Assembly: GCA_951406725.2 (NCBI GenBank)
Contig: OX597820.1
Coordinates: 127,348,001 to 127,412,000 of the forward strand
Length of the DNA: 64,000 nt
From: Octopus vulgaris
Lineage: Eukaryota
Reading direction: 5' to 3'
Shown here: positions 12,448-23,610 of the stretch, one piece after another
Layout: the number at the start of each line of letters is the position of its first letter
Position numbering within the stretch: position 1 is the stretch's first letter
The notes under the pieces: model-generated
The model's input: the letters and a program-made list of their open reading frames with translations, nothing else
The model's database searches: none
What the model was told of the DNA's origin: nothing
Made by a program: the position numbers and the translations under genes

Positions 12448-12529
12448 GAGAAAACACAGGTTGTTTTGGTGGAGCTGGGAAGAAGAAAAATTCTCAAAAA
12501 ACTGAAATGAAAGCAAAGCCAGACCCCAG
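12448..12529 (+). CDS. CTNND2: delta-catenin-like exon encoding the basic insert loop of the ARM domain, phase 1-2
   Basis: aatatAG / GTAATG. (G)ENTGCFGGAGKKKNSQKTEMKAKPDP resembles the GCFG..KKKK insert of p120-family catenins; phases fit both neighbours. Not in the ORF track. Confidence 0.92.
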
Positions 12530-12665
12530 GTAATGTTTTGGTTGAATTTCTACTTTTTATGAGGTTTTAGTGAGAAATTGAATTCAGTCTTCATTTTAGT
12601 TTCTATCAAATCTTGTTACTATCTTATCTTTGCTTATATGATTTCCTTTGATATTTTTGCTGCAG

Positions 12666-12819
12666 CTCTCATAAATTAACACCTCCAAAAGGCCAAGAAA
12701 TACTTTGGCATCCAGATATCGTTCATATATATCTTCCCTTGTTGGCTGATTGCTCTAACCCAGTAACTTTAGAGGCTGCTGTTGGTGCAATTCAAAACTT
12801 AGCTGCTTGTGATTGGCAG
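12666..12819 (+). CDS. CTNND2: delta-catenin-like internal exon, phase 2-0
   Basis: ctgcAG / [57 protein letters not shown] has the family LWHP..V..YL.LL..CSNP.TLE.A.GA.QNL.A motif. Confidence 0.96.
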
Positions 12820-13181
12820 GTAAGAAATGATATTTCTTTTTTTAATTTTATTTCTTCACACAAATCAGAAAGGATTAAGGGAGTGGGGATATATACCCAT
12901 TTAGGGAAGCTCTTAAAGTATCAGCCATGTACTGGGGTTGACGTCATCAACTAGCGCCCTCCACCAGAATTTCAGACTAATAGAAAAAAAATCTTTCATG
13001 CAAAGTATGTTGGGCTATGGAAAAATGTTAGCTTGATTGGAAACAGGTGAGGATTGATATCAGGAAGTGTACCTGGCTGTTAAAAAATTCCTTTTCTACT
13101 ACTATAAGAATCTCCATGACGGTAAACATACTTTTTTACGAAAGCAAAGAGAAAAACAATGAATGAACACGACCAGGATTA

Positions 13182-13239
13182 ATTATAAACGCGTTTCGAG
13201 ATTAAAGTAATTAAGATTTACTTCTCTCTTCAGTGTAAT
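13182..13239 (-). ncRNA. minimal type I hammerhead ribozyme motif
   Basis: Minus strand: attaca-CTGAAGA-gag aagtaa..ttactt..ctc-GAAAC-GC-GTT-tataat. G-C closed stem II, palindromic AACGCGTT stem III, one mismatch in helix I. Confidence 0.7.
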
Positions 13240-13603
13240 ATTTCCAATTTTTATAAAATTTGAAAGTGCTATGACCGAATATGCACACAATCGAGCATCA
13301 TCAAGTAACAGATATCCAACCAACACTTCCAAAATTTACAGAGCCGAATGTGAATACACCATTCAAGCTCTATACCCACGTGTATGCTACGAGCAATACT
13401 GCATGGTAATTCTTATAGTAGTAGAAAAGGAATTTTTTAACTCCTCTTTATAATTTCGGTGTGTGGTGAAGCAGTTAGCTGGACCCTAATTATAATTATG
13501 TGGATAATTTTACCTATAAAGGTTATTTTAACGTACCGATCTACTTGGTAAAATTGTTAATTAATTAATTAATTTGATTAATTAATTTAACCCTTCTATT
13601 ATT

Positions 13604-13635
<32 letters not shown>

Positions 13636-13637
<2 letters not shown>

Positions 13638-13813
13638 TTATATTAAGGGCATTACTATACATAAATGCCTCACGCTAGGAGGGACTCTTAAAGTCAAAAC
13701 CACCATAATAAATAAACACATTGTACCAGTACAGTGTGTTTATTGTGGTAGTTTTGACTTTGAGTCCCTCCTAGTGTGAGGCATTTATGTATAGTAATGC
13801 CCTTAATATAAGT
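13636..13813. mobile_element. palindromic MITE-like hairpin element in a TA/CA microsatellite
   Basis: acttatattaagggcattactatacataaatgcctcac...gtgaggcatttatgtatagtaatgcccttaatataagt; arms about 85-90 bp with few mismatches or indels and a tiny loop. Confidence 0.75.
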
Positions 13814-14879
13814 ATATATATTTAAGAGGAATAATTGATGGATTTTTCTGTTGTGGTTTTTTTCATAAGGGAAAGAGGTTTTTCACGCTAACTACTTGAT
13901 AAATTCTTATAAAGATTTTATCCTATTTTTCAATTGTATGTATGTATATATATATATATATATGAAGAACATTCCCATTTAGAAACTTGAAATGGTAAAA
14001 GTTCAAATCTGTCATGTAATTTGTGGTGATACAAAGAAGACATTTAATTTTACATTTCCACACTTCATCTAACTACAGGAGAATTTGAGCGAGTAACTCC
14101 TGTGGGAATGTATACTGCAACAAGTGAGTGATTTATCAAAGAGAGGATTTTACCTCTTCTCTACTTAACAACAGAAATGGATATTAGATACCATCACTGA
14201 GGAACCAACCAGACTCTTGGATGTTGTTAAACACTGCCGGTCACAATGTGCTCCTCACATTGTTATAGCTTTCGAATGATGCCTCCCTGCTGGCTTTGTA
14301 AGCAGGCAGGCAGGCCCACATTGCCTATGAATGGAGCACCAGTCCATCGCAGAATTACCCATTTCTATTTGAATGGACTGAAGCAACTTGCTTTGCTCAA
14401 GAACACAATACACTGCCAGTCTGGAAATCAAAACCACAATTTGGTGATAGTGCTTGGCCACACCGCTTCATACACATGCACACACACACACCAATACATA
14501 TGTTTGTGTGTGTATGGATAGATAGATGTGTGTGTGTGTGTGTGTGTGTCACATAATTGCAGATTGTACTTCATCTGTTTCTTTATTCTCCTGTTCATTT
14601 TTTTTTATTTGTTATTTATTCCCTTGTGACAAATAAGGAAATGGTTATATTTCTAATGAAGAATTTTGGCTTGTATTATTCATCAGTGAATAGACTAACA
14701 CTGTAGAATTATGGCAAATTCCCAGCAAGCCAAGCTTGATTCCAAGCTGAGCCATTTCTCTTTACTTCCTCATGGCATCTACCATATGGTGATGGTCGAA
14801 CCAGCCATTGAGGTCTGTTATAAACATCAATGGTGTGGCTGCGTATAATAATTTCTTTGTTTTATATTCCTCTTTCCAG

Positions 14880-15030
14880 CCTGGTATAGATATCCGTGCT
14901 GCTGTTCGAAAAGAAAAAGGATTGGCTATCATAGTTGAACTGCTGGGTGTAGAATCTGACAAAGTGGTGTGTGCTGCTGCTACTGCCTTGAGAAATCTTG
15001 CCTTGGATCAAAGAAATAAAGAACTAGTTG
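14880..15030 (+). CDS. CTNND2: delta-catenin-like internal exon, phase 0-1
   Basis: tttccAG / [28 protein letters not shown]...[22 protein letters not shown] closely matches delta-catenin [18 protein letters not shown]. Confidence 0.97.
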
Positions 15031-15828
15031 GTAAGTCAAAGCTTTTTGTTTTAATATGCAGGATGTGCACAAAGCATAAAAGTACATCGGTTTTTTTTTT
15101 TTAGCCTGGGTAGAAATAGGTTTCAAAAGTTTTTTTTTTTGTTTTCTTAAGTATTTATTTTCTGAGAGTGTGACTATGTGGTTAGGAAGTTTGCTTCCAA
15201 ACCGTGTTGTTTCAGGTTCCGTCCCACTGTGTGACCCCTTGGGTGTCTTTTATTATAACCCCAGGCCAACCAAAATTTAGTGAGTGGATTTAGTAGACAA
15301 ACTAAAAGGAACCTGTCATGTAGGTGTGTGTGTTTATGTCTGCTTGTCTTTACATTGCAAGGTTGTAGTAAATGAATGTCACTGTCATATAAGCAGTGTC
15401 ATTCATTTCCAGATATTCTGTAAAGGCATTGTCCAGCTATGGGGAAATATAGGGGCCACGATCGGTTGGTGCTTTTTACATGCCACCAGCATGGAAGCCA
15501 GTTAAGGCAGTGCTGGCATCGGCCACGTTCGGATGGTGCTTCTTACGTGCCACTGGCACAGGTATCACAACTACAATTTCCATTTGATTTTTTGATGTTG
15601 ATGTACTTGACTCAATGGGTCTCCTCAAGCACAGCAGGTCGTGGATGTTAAACAATGATGATGGCTAATTGTCTCCAACAAACAGTTCTTTTCCATTCAT
15701 TGATTTTTAGTTCCATAATTTCAAAACTTGCCATCTCTTCCTCTTTCCCTCTCCCTAAGCTCTCCTTTTCTACTTTACTCTGGATCTTCCTGATGTACAT
15801 CTTAAGCTACTGTACAGTAAATACAGGT

Positions 15829-15865
15829 TTAACCCTTAACCCTTAACCCTTAACCCTTAACCCTT
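15829..15865 (+). repeat. (TTAACCC) x5 tandem repeat at a MITE terminus
   Basis: Five perfect units, equal to the TTAA target plus CCC terminus of the adjacent piggyBac-like element. Confidence 0.9.
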
Positions 15866-16425
15866 CAGATTACTGTCAAATATGCTCATTTATTCATGTT
15901 GTTTTAAATTAATTATGCATTGTCTCGTAATTTTGAGATTTTGATGATATGACTTTATTTTTAGAATGACCTTGTTAAATTGATGTAAGAAACCAGATCT
16001 GGCTGGTTTGAACAAGAAACAACCAGAATGCTTTGGCTGGCTATCACTGGTTTAAATGCTAAAGGACTAAGCATTTAAACTAGCCATATCTCATTAAAAT
16101 ATTCTACTTGGTTTATGTTCAAACTGGTTAGATTTGGCCTCTCACACCTTTTTTCCAATGTTATTCTAAAGATTAAAATATCACATCATCAAAATTTTGA
16201 AGCTATGAGATGATGCATGATTAATTCAAAGCAATTTGCATAAAGAAACATTACATTTAACAGAGTCATCTGAATGCTAAAAGGCTGAGAAAGTTATAAC
16301 GAACTGTTTTGTTGCTTTTTGGGGTTTTTTTTTCATCATTCTCTTGACATCTTTTGTTAGTGTAACATTAATTGATTTACGTATAAGTCGGTGTAAAATG
16401 ACTCTGTATCTCTTTGTATTTTTAG

Positions 16426-16561
16426 GCAAATATGCTATGAGGCAATTGGTACTGAAACTACCTTCAGACAATCGGCAATCAGAAGCAACCACAGATGATA
16501 CCATTTGTGCAGTCATTGCAACACTTTATGAAATTATAAAGAAAAACCCAGATTTTGCTCA
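16426..16561 (+). CDS. CTNND2: delta-catenin-like internal exon, phase 1-2
   Basis: tttttAG / GTTAGT. (G)KYAMRQLVLKLP...DDTICAVIATLYEIIKKNPDFA matches the family GKYAMRDLV..LP and DDT..AV..TL.E motifs. Confidence 0.95.
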
Positions 16562-16631
16562 GTTAGTTTCCACACCTACTTCACCAATTGTTTTGTTTTT
16601 TTTTTGTTGTTTTTTTTCATTATTATTATTA

Positions 16632-17265
16632 AAGCAGCAAGCTGGCAGAACCATTAGGATGCTGGGCGAAATACTTAGCAAAATTTCGCCTGTCTTTATG
16701 TTCTGTGATCAAATTCCACCCAGGTCGAATTTGCCTTTCATCCTTTCAAGGAAGATAAAATTAGTACCAGCTGAGCACTGATCAATGTAATAAGCTAGCC
16801 TTCTCCGTGCAAAATTTCAGTCCCTTTTCCTATAGTAGAGAGAATTTTTATTATTAGTAGTAGTAGTAGTAGTAATATAGAGCTGGCAGAATTGCTTGTA
16901 CACTGGGCAAAATGCTTAGTGGCATTTCGTCTATATTTATGTTCTGAGTTCAAATTCCACCAGGGTTTACTTTACCTTTCATCTTTTTGGGGTCAATAAA
17001 ATAAGTTGAGTACTGGAGTCAATGTAATCGACTATCCCCCTCCCCCCAAATTTCAGGCCTTGTCCCTATAGTAGAAAGGATTATTATTATTATTTTTAAG
17101 GCAGTAAGCTGGCTCAATCATTAGCACATCAGACAAAATGTTCCGTAATATTTCTTCTGGTCGTTTATGTTCCGAGTTCATCCCTCCAGTCAAATACTGA
17201 GGTGAACATAATCAACTAATAACTTCCCCTCAAAATTGCTGGCTTTGTGCCAAAATTTGAATTTT
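16632..17265 (+). mobile_element. three tandem SINE family A copies
   Basis: Heads at about 16632, 16880 and 17100, separated by (TAG)n or (ATT)n tails. Further decayed copies near 35360, 37710, 38410, 48750 and 55143. Confidence 0.75.
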
Positions 17266-17992
17266 TATTTTTTTCTCTACATTTCTGTGAAACTCAATTG
17301 CTTTGATGCAGCAATTATTCTGGCTAAATCAAAATTCCCAGAACAATTACAGGATTGTCAGCCTCATTTTAAAGCAATTTGTTCAAAATATATGAAATTC
17401 ATGTGATTATAAAACCAAATAAAAGTCTTGGGTGGTGCTGATTGCATTTTATGTTATGTATATATACTGTACTAGACCTCTCATCTGGCTTCTAGAAATC
17501 CAGGAGCATTGTGCAATCTGCTGTATCTTGTATTTAGTAAATAGATCCTCTATTTGAAATTCATTAATTTGCCTACAGTGTGTTAAAAATAGTTTTGTTC
17601 TTTACTTCTTTAGTTGGATTGATAAAGACTAAGCATATTCTGCTTTAGAAGTATATTAATTTGTACACATAGCTGTTAAGTAAAATCATGTTCTTTAACT
17701 TTCATCATATTAACATTATACTTTATACATGATACGGTATGATATAGTTTGCTTTAGAAGTATATTAATCTGAATCTGTTATAGCTCTTTACATTTCATG
17801 GTTTATCTTATATTTTAAATGTATATTTAGATTGTCTCCAGAAAATCTTAAAATCCAGGACACCTCTTATCAAATACTTGCCTGATAATTGATCCAGTAT
17901 TGTATTTGTATCTATAGTTAATGTATATGCCTGTCTATCTATCTGTCATCTATCTATATATATATAAATTTGTTTAATCAATCTACTTTCAG

Positions 17993-18086
17993 TTCACTAT
18001 TAGCAGAAGGTGGAGTCAGCCGTTTAGTATCGATAACCCAATCCGAGGGAGCTTTTCTAGAAAAAACAGTCAGATATTCAGCCATG
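17993..18086 (+). CDS. CTNND2: delta-catenin-like internal exon, phase 2-0
   Basis: ctttcAG / GTAAGT. (H)SLLAEGGVSRLVSITQSEGAFLEKTVRYSAM resembles the last ARM repeat (GG..KLV.I...S.K.V.AA); phases fit. Not in the ORF track. Confidence 0.9.
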
Positions 18087-18996
18087 GTAAGTTTGTGTCT
18101 TGATTCAACAAATGTCAATGTGATAAAATAACTCAAATGAAGCATGTTAATGTGTTATAATAAATAGCTTACATTTCAGGTAGAGTTATTCTAATTAGTT
18201 CCTTAAATATTGTGAACTGTGGTTCCTCTAATATTGCTTTGGCCACTATTGTTAGGAAGTTTACTTCCCAATCAGCTGAGTTTTTTTCTCTCATTCTCAC
18301 TGTTTGGCCCCTTGGGCAAGTGTCTTCTTGTGTATCTCTGGGCTAGCCAAACCATAGTGAGTGGATGTGGTGTACAGAAACTAAAAGAAGCCCTAGTGTG
18401 TGTGTGTTTATGCTTTCTTGACATCATGTAATAGCTGTAAATGAGTCACCATCATACAAGTGGTATCATTCATTTGCAATCTTCCATTAAAACATGTTTG
18501 TTCATGTTACTTCACTTGGAAACTGGTGAGGATTGATAACAGGAAGGCCATCCAGCCACAGAAAAATCTGCCTCAATCAATTCTGTCTTACTGGCAAGCA
18601 TTGAAAAGGAGGTGTTACAATAACAATAACAACAATAATGATGATGATGATTGCCAGCTGGTCTCCCTCCAGAAAATTTGATGTTTTAGTCATGGCTTAT
18701 GTTTTTTGCTTTTTACCACTCCTTGTTTTATACTGATAAGCACCAAAGATCAGTATGCTTTCAGTTAATCAATCTGGTTTCTATTCCAAATTTGGTATTA
18801 TCTTCAAAAGATACGAACATCTCTTATCACCATTTACTATACTTTTAATTATTTTTCTTCCTATTATCCTCGGTATAGTTCTTAAAAAAGATTGTTATAA
18901 TAAGAATAAATTGTCGACAAAATAATAGTGAATTTATTCTGCTTTAATATGCTTTGTTAAGTTTGACTGTGAATGTAATTTACTGTTGTAAAAGGA

Positions 18997-19045
18997 CTTT
19001 GAAACATCAATGTTTCGACTTCACTGTATGTCTCATCAGTGAAAG
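18997..19045 (-). ncRNA. minimal type I hammerhead ribozyme motif
   Basis: Minus strand: ctttca-CTGATGA-gac-atacagtgaa-gtc-GAAAca-ttga-tGTT-tcaaag. Intact core, stems II and III present, one mismatch in helix I. Confidence 0.68.
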
Positions 19046-19336
19046 CTTCCCTGCCCAGACTAATGAATCTGACAACAGCCTGAGCTCTTTATAGGAATCT
19101 ACAAACAAATTATTTGTTGATGTCTGCTGATGTCTACCAAACTGATAATAATTCATGGGATGCATACAGAAAACAGAAATCTAAACAATAATGTATCTAC
19201 TAAACCCACATATATTTATCTTTCATGTAATCGAAATGTTATTGCAATAGATATCTTAATTATTTGTCCAAACCAGCGTAGCTGCTTTGGAAGACAAATA
19301 GCTATGTTTAAGGTTGTCAAATTTCTACTATTTTAA

Positions 19337-19560
19337 CCCTTTAGCATTCGGATTACTTTGTCAAGTGTAATGCTTATTGATATACATAGTTTTGAATTAA
19401 TCATTCATTATCTTGTGGTTTCAAGATTTCAATGATGTGATTGTTTATTTTTACGATTATATTGTAGAGTAGGTGTGAGATGTTGGATCTGGCCAGTTTG
19501 AACTTAAAAGAGGCAGAATATTTTGGCTGGATATGGCCAGTTTAAATGCTAATTAATGGG
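19337..19560. mobile_element. piggyBac-like MITE (TTAA-flanked)
   Basis: TTAA|ccctttagcatt...aatgctaattaatggg|TTAA. Relatives at about 290-465, 15865-16280 and 29845-30050. Confidence 0.7.
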
Positions 19561-19721
19561 TTAAATGCTTAACAACTTAAACATGAATGGACAGATCTAA
19601 CTTATATAAAGGAAGATTGAAAGCAAGCATTCAGTGTTCTTCAATTTTGTTTTACTTTTTGTTAACTGTTTTCCTTCGTTGTTAACTTTATATTTTTTTT
19701 TCTTTTTTATTCTTTTTTTAG

Positions 19722-19819
19722 GTGCTTCACACTATGTGGCAGTTTAAAGAGCTTAGCGGAGAATATAGAAAACAGGGCTACACAGAAACTGATTTCAATA
19801 CAAAAACTTCGACTTTCAG
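19722..19819 (+). CDS. CTNND2: delta-catenin-like internal exon (end of ARM domain), phase 0-2
   Basis: Long T tract + AG. VLHTMWQFKELSGEYRKQGYTETDF matches the family VL..MW...LR..YKK.GW...F pattern. Donor CAG|GTCTCT is weak but gives the correct phase for the next exon. Confidence 0.9.
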
Positions 19820-20251
19820 GTCTCTCCACTTGAATTTTTGCTATTTTATGTGTGTGTGTGTGTGTGCATATACACAGTTGAATGTGCATGTATGTGATTT
19901 AATTTCAAAATAAGTTAATTTGATCTGAGATTAAATTCTATGTTATAACAACTATAAGCTAATTTGGATATCTTTATGCTGCTATTGCCATTCAAGAAAG
20001 AACTAATACCAAATCTCACAGTCTCATTCTTCTTTCCCTATTAAAAGTATGGTTGATGCAAATATGTTTCAGAAAAGACATAAGCAACTCTATTAGAAAG
20101 CATAAGTTTAGCAGTTGGGTGACAAAACATATAAGAGGATTAGAATGCATTGGTCTTCAGATTAAACTACAGATAGTGTAATCTACGTTTTTTTCTCTCC
20201 AATGCCAACCAACATTGGAAAATATTGCTTCATCAAGTAAAAAATATTTTT

Positions 20252-20512
20252 CATCATCATCGTTTAACATCCATTCTCCATGCTAGCATGGGTTGGACGG
20301 TTCGACCAGGGATCTGGGAGGCCAGAAGGCTGCACCAAGCTCCAGTCTGATCTAGCAGTGTTTCTACAGCTGGATGCCCTTCCTAACGCCAACCACTCTG
20401 AGAGTGTAGTGGGTGCTTTTATGTGCCACCGGCACAGGTGCCAGGCGAGGCTGGGAACGGCCACGATCGGATTGGTGCTTTTTATGTGCCACCGGCATGG
20501 AAGCCAGTCAAG
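20252..20512 (-). mobile_element. family C retroposon copy, minus strand
   Basis: Reverse complement of the 3040-3245 module, beginning with (CAT)n. Confidence 0.85.
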
Positions 20513-20539
20513 GTGGGCCTTTTAATTATTGCAATGGAT

Positions 20540-21140
20540 TAAGCTATGTGCATTATTGAGGCATGAGCAAGGTATGTGATTACTAGGTTGTCGGTAAATG
20601 TCTGATGACATTTCCCATGCTTGTTAGTGTCATGCTGTGGATCCTAAAGCACAAGTTTTGATGCTTTGCTTTCCTGGTCCCTCATGCAAAGATGTCATTC
20701 TCTGATCTTATTGGTCACTTTTGAAAAGTTTCCGTAGAGATCCTTGTGTATAGTAGCTATCTAAATTTTCCTTTGTTCAGTAAGTGTCCATGTTTCATGA
20801 CCAAACTAAATCCCTGACTCCACATTTGCAAGGAACAGTCTGATTTTTGTTCCCCTTGGTAGTCTTGACTTTCATATTTTCTTGAGTTTTTGACACATTG
20901 TCCAAGCTTGTGCTTTTCTGACTTTGATGTCAGCATTGGAACTGTTTGCCTATCTACCAAGATACTTGAAACGCTCAAGTGAATTCATCTTTGATCCATT
21001 CATTGCTTCCAGACCAAAATCTTTGGTTTGGTTGAAGGACATCTACACTGTTTTCTTCACATTTGTGTGAAGATCAAGTGTATGTCCATATTAGAAGTGA
21101 ACCCAGGTCAATTTCTCTACAATATAACTGACTGCTGTGT
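20540..21140 (-). mobile_element. degenerate RTE-clade LINE remnant
   Basis: Minus-strand motifs ERFKYLG (about 20955-20975) and GHETWTLT (about 20780-20803) match RTE FKYLGS and YGxETWTL; many stops and frameshifts. Boundaries approximate. Confidence 0.7.
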
Positions 21141-21179
21141 ATATGAGATTTTAACAAATATCATTTATCCATTCTGTAG

Positions 21180-21427
21180 GACCAGAAAAATGGAGAAAAC
21201 CAATTCAAATAACAAAATTGTGAACAACACTCCAACAAGTACGCTGAATCGTCCAGTTTCTGGTCAAGGTTATGATGACAGCACATTGTCCCCAACACGG
21301 CCATTAACAAAGAACAGCGTTCCTGGCACTTACCCTCCCCGAGATAACCAAGATGCCAACATGGGCTGGCTGCCAAAAGGCAGTATCTGTGAAAATGGCA
21401 GTGGTGGTGGTGGCAGTGCTGGATCAG
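21180..21427 (+). CDS. CTNND2: delta-catenin-like exon, start of low-complexity C-terminal tail, phase 2-1
   Basis: ttctgtAG / CAG|GTAATG. A 248-nt open frame (R)TRKMEKTNSNNKIVNNTPTSTLNRPVSGQGYDDSTLSP...GSGGGGSAGS with coding-like GC content, in phase with the previous exon. Confidence 0.85.
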
Positions 21428-21774
21428 GTAATGCATGGCATTAATTTGGCCCTTTTTTTTGTTGTAGTGTTTTTGCTTTGTAGTTTATCAGTTCATCTTA
21501 AAAGTTTTTCTTGTTTTTTTTATACCTTCTCGTCCTATCCATTTTTATGCACTATTTCAATGTTGTCTCTTTATCAAACTGTCTTCCTCTAAGTATATGT
21601 GTGTGTGTGAACCTATATATATATGTATGTATATATATGTATATATATGTATATATATATGTACGTTTATATATTTTATTGGCTAAACTGGCAAAATGAC
21701 CATTCCGAAATATAACTATATATATATATATGTATATATATATGTGTATATATATATATATGTATGTATGTATA

Positions 21775-22229
21775 AAGCTAAAACTTTATTCTCTCCAACG
21801 TCGCCGTGAGCGCTACATCATCTGCATGATGTGGAAAATATTCCATCAGCATTGCCCAAATGATGTTGGCATCACCTTTAAGGTACATCCAAGGCTTGGG
21901 CCCCGTGCCATCCGCCCACAACAAAAATCGCACTCTCGTCTCATAACAACAATACAGCACACTTATTTCACCTCAATTGGCCCCGCTCTCTTTAACATTA
22001 CACCAAAACACATTAAAACAGAAACAGACCCTATAGGGTTCAAGAAGTCTGTGGACAGATTCCTTCAAGAAATCCCGGATAAACCCCCTACACCCAGATA
22101 TGTCTCTGTAAACAATAACTCTCTACTTGAGTGGGATATAGTGCCCAAATTCTGACTTGAAAGACTTCACCAGGTGGTGCTATTAAGTTAGACATGGCCT
22201 GTGCCTATAATGGCCGAAACCTATCAAAG

Positions 22230-22230
<1 letters not shown>
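21775..22230 (+). mobile_element. 5'-truncated CR1/L2-group LINE: ORF2 C-terminus plus 3' UTR
   Basis: Uninterrupted KLKLYSLQRRRERYII...GPALFN..P..IK....FKKSVDRFLQEIPDKP...NNSL to a stop at 22155, typical of the post-RT region of CR1/L2-type ORF2. Embedded in a TA microsatellite. Confidence 0.85.
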
Positions 22231-23030
<800 letters not shown>

Positions 23031-23265
23031 CGTATTTAAATGGCGGTGCCCCAGCATGGCCACAGCTCATAAGCTGAAACTAGAATCAATCAATCAATCA
23101 TATGTATGTATGTATATGTATGTATATATATGTATGTATATGTATGTATATATATGTATGTATGTATATATATATAATATAATTCGAGACAAAACCACTA
23201 TTTTAAAATCAAACAAGGAAAGACTTAATAAATACATAAAATTTTAATATAAATTAAATAAACTG

Positions 23266-23309
23266 CCACTACAATTGTTTCCTGTCTGCTACTGACATTC
23301 TTCAGGTGG
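23266..23309 (-). ncRNA. minimal hammerhead motif, exact inverted copy of 23338-23381
   Basis: Reverse complement of the + strand motif, in the opposite arm of the same palindrome. Confidence 0.7.
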
Positions 23310-23337
23310 ATTTGATACTGATTAGAAGATCGAAAAT

Positions 23338-23381
23338 CCACCTGAAGAATGTCAGTAGCAGACAGGAAACAATTGTAGTGG
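23338..23381 (+). ncRNA. minimal type I hammerhead ribozyme motif (Penelope-type)
   Basis: ccac-CTGAAGA-atgtc-agtagca-gacag-GAAAC-aatt-GTA-gtgg: helix I ccac/gtgg, conserved core, stem II tgtc/gaca, palindromic stem III ACAATTGT, GUA cleavage triplet. The stem II closing pair is an A.G mismatch. Confidence 0.7.
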
Positions 23382-23556
23382 CAGTTTATTTAATTTATAT
23401 TAAAATTTTATGTATTGATTAAGTCTTTCCTTGTTTGATTTTAAAATAGTGGTTTTGTCTCGAATTATATTATATAATATTTTACTATAAAATTGGATTT
23501 AACCCTAAATCTGATTTTTCCCTGTAATTTTGGATTCATTCCCTAATATTTATTAT

Positions 23557-23610
<54 letters not shown>

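Larger units (their letters stand above)
23171..23476. repeat. near-perfect fold-back (about 143-bp arms, 20-nt loop), probable Penelope-like pLTR inversion
   Basis: Arms 23171-23313 and 23334-23476 are reverse complements with one mismatch seen. Each arm carries a hammerhead motif; the element sits among TA/TATG microsatellites. Confidence 0.85.

Noticed and set aside
15829-15865. Interstitial telomere
   Set aside because: The unit is TTAACCC, not CCCTAA, and matches the adjacent MITE end plus its TTAA target.
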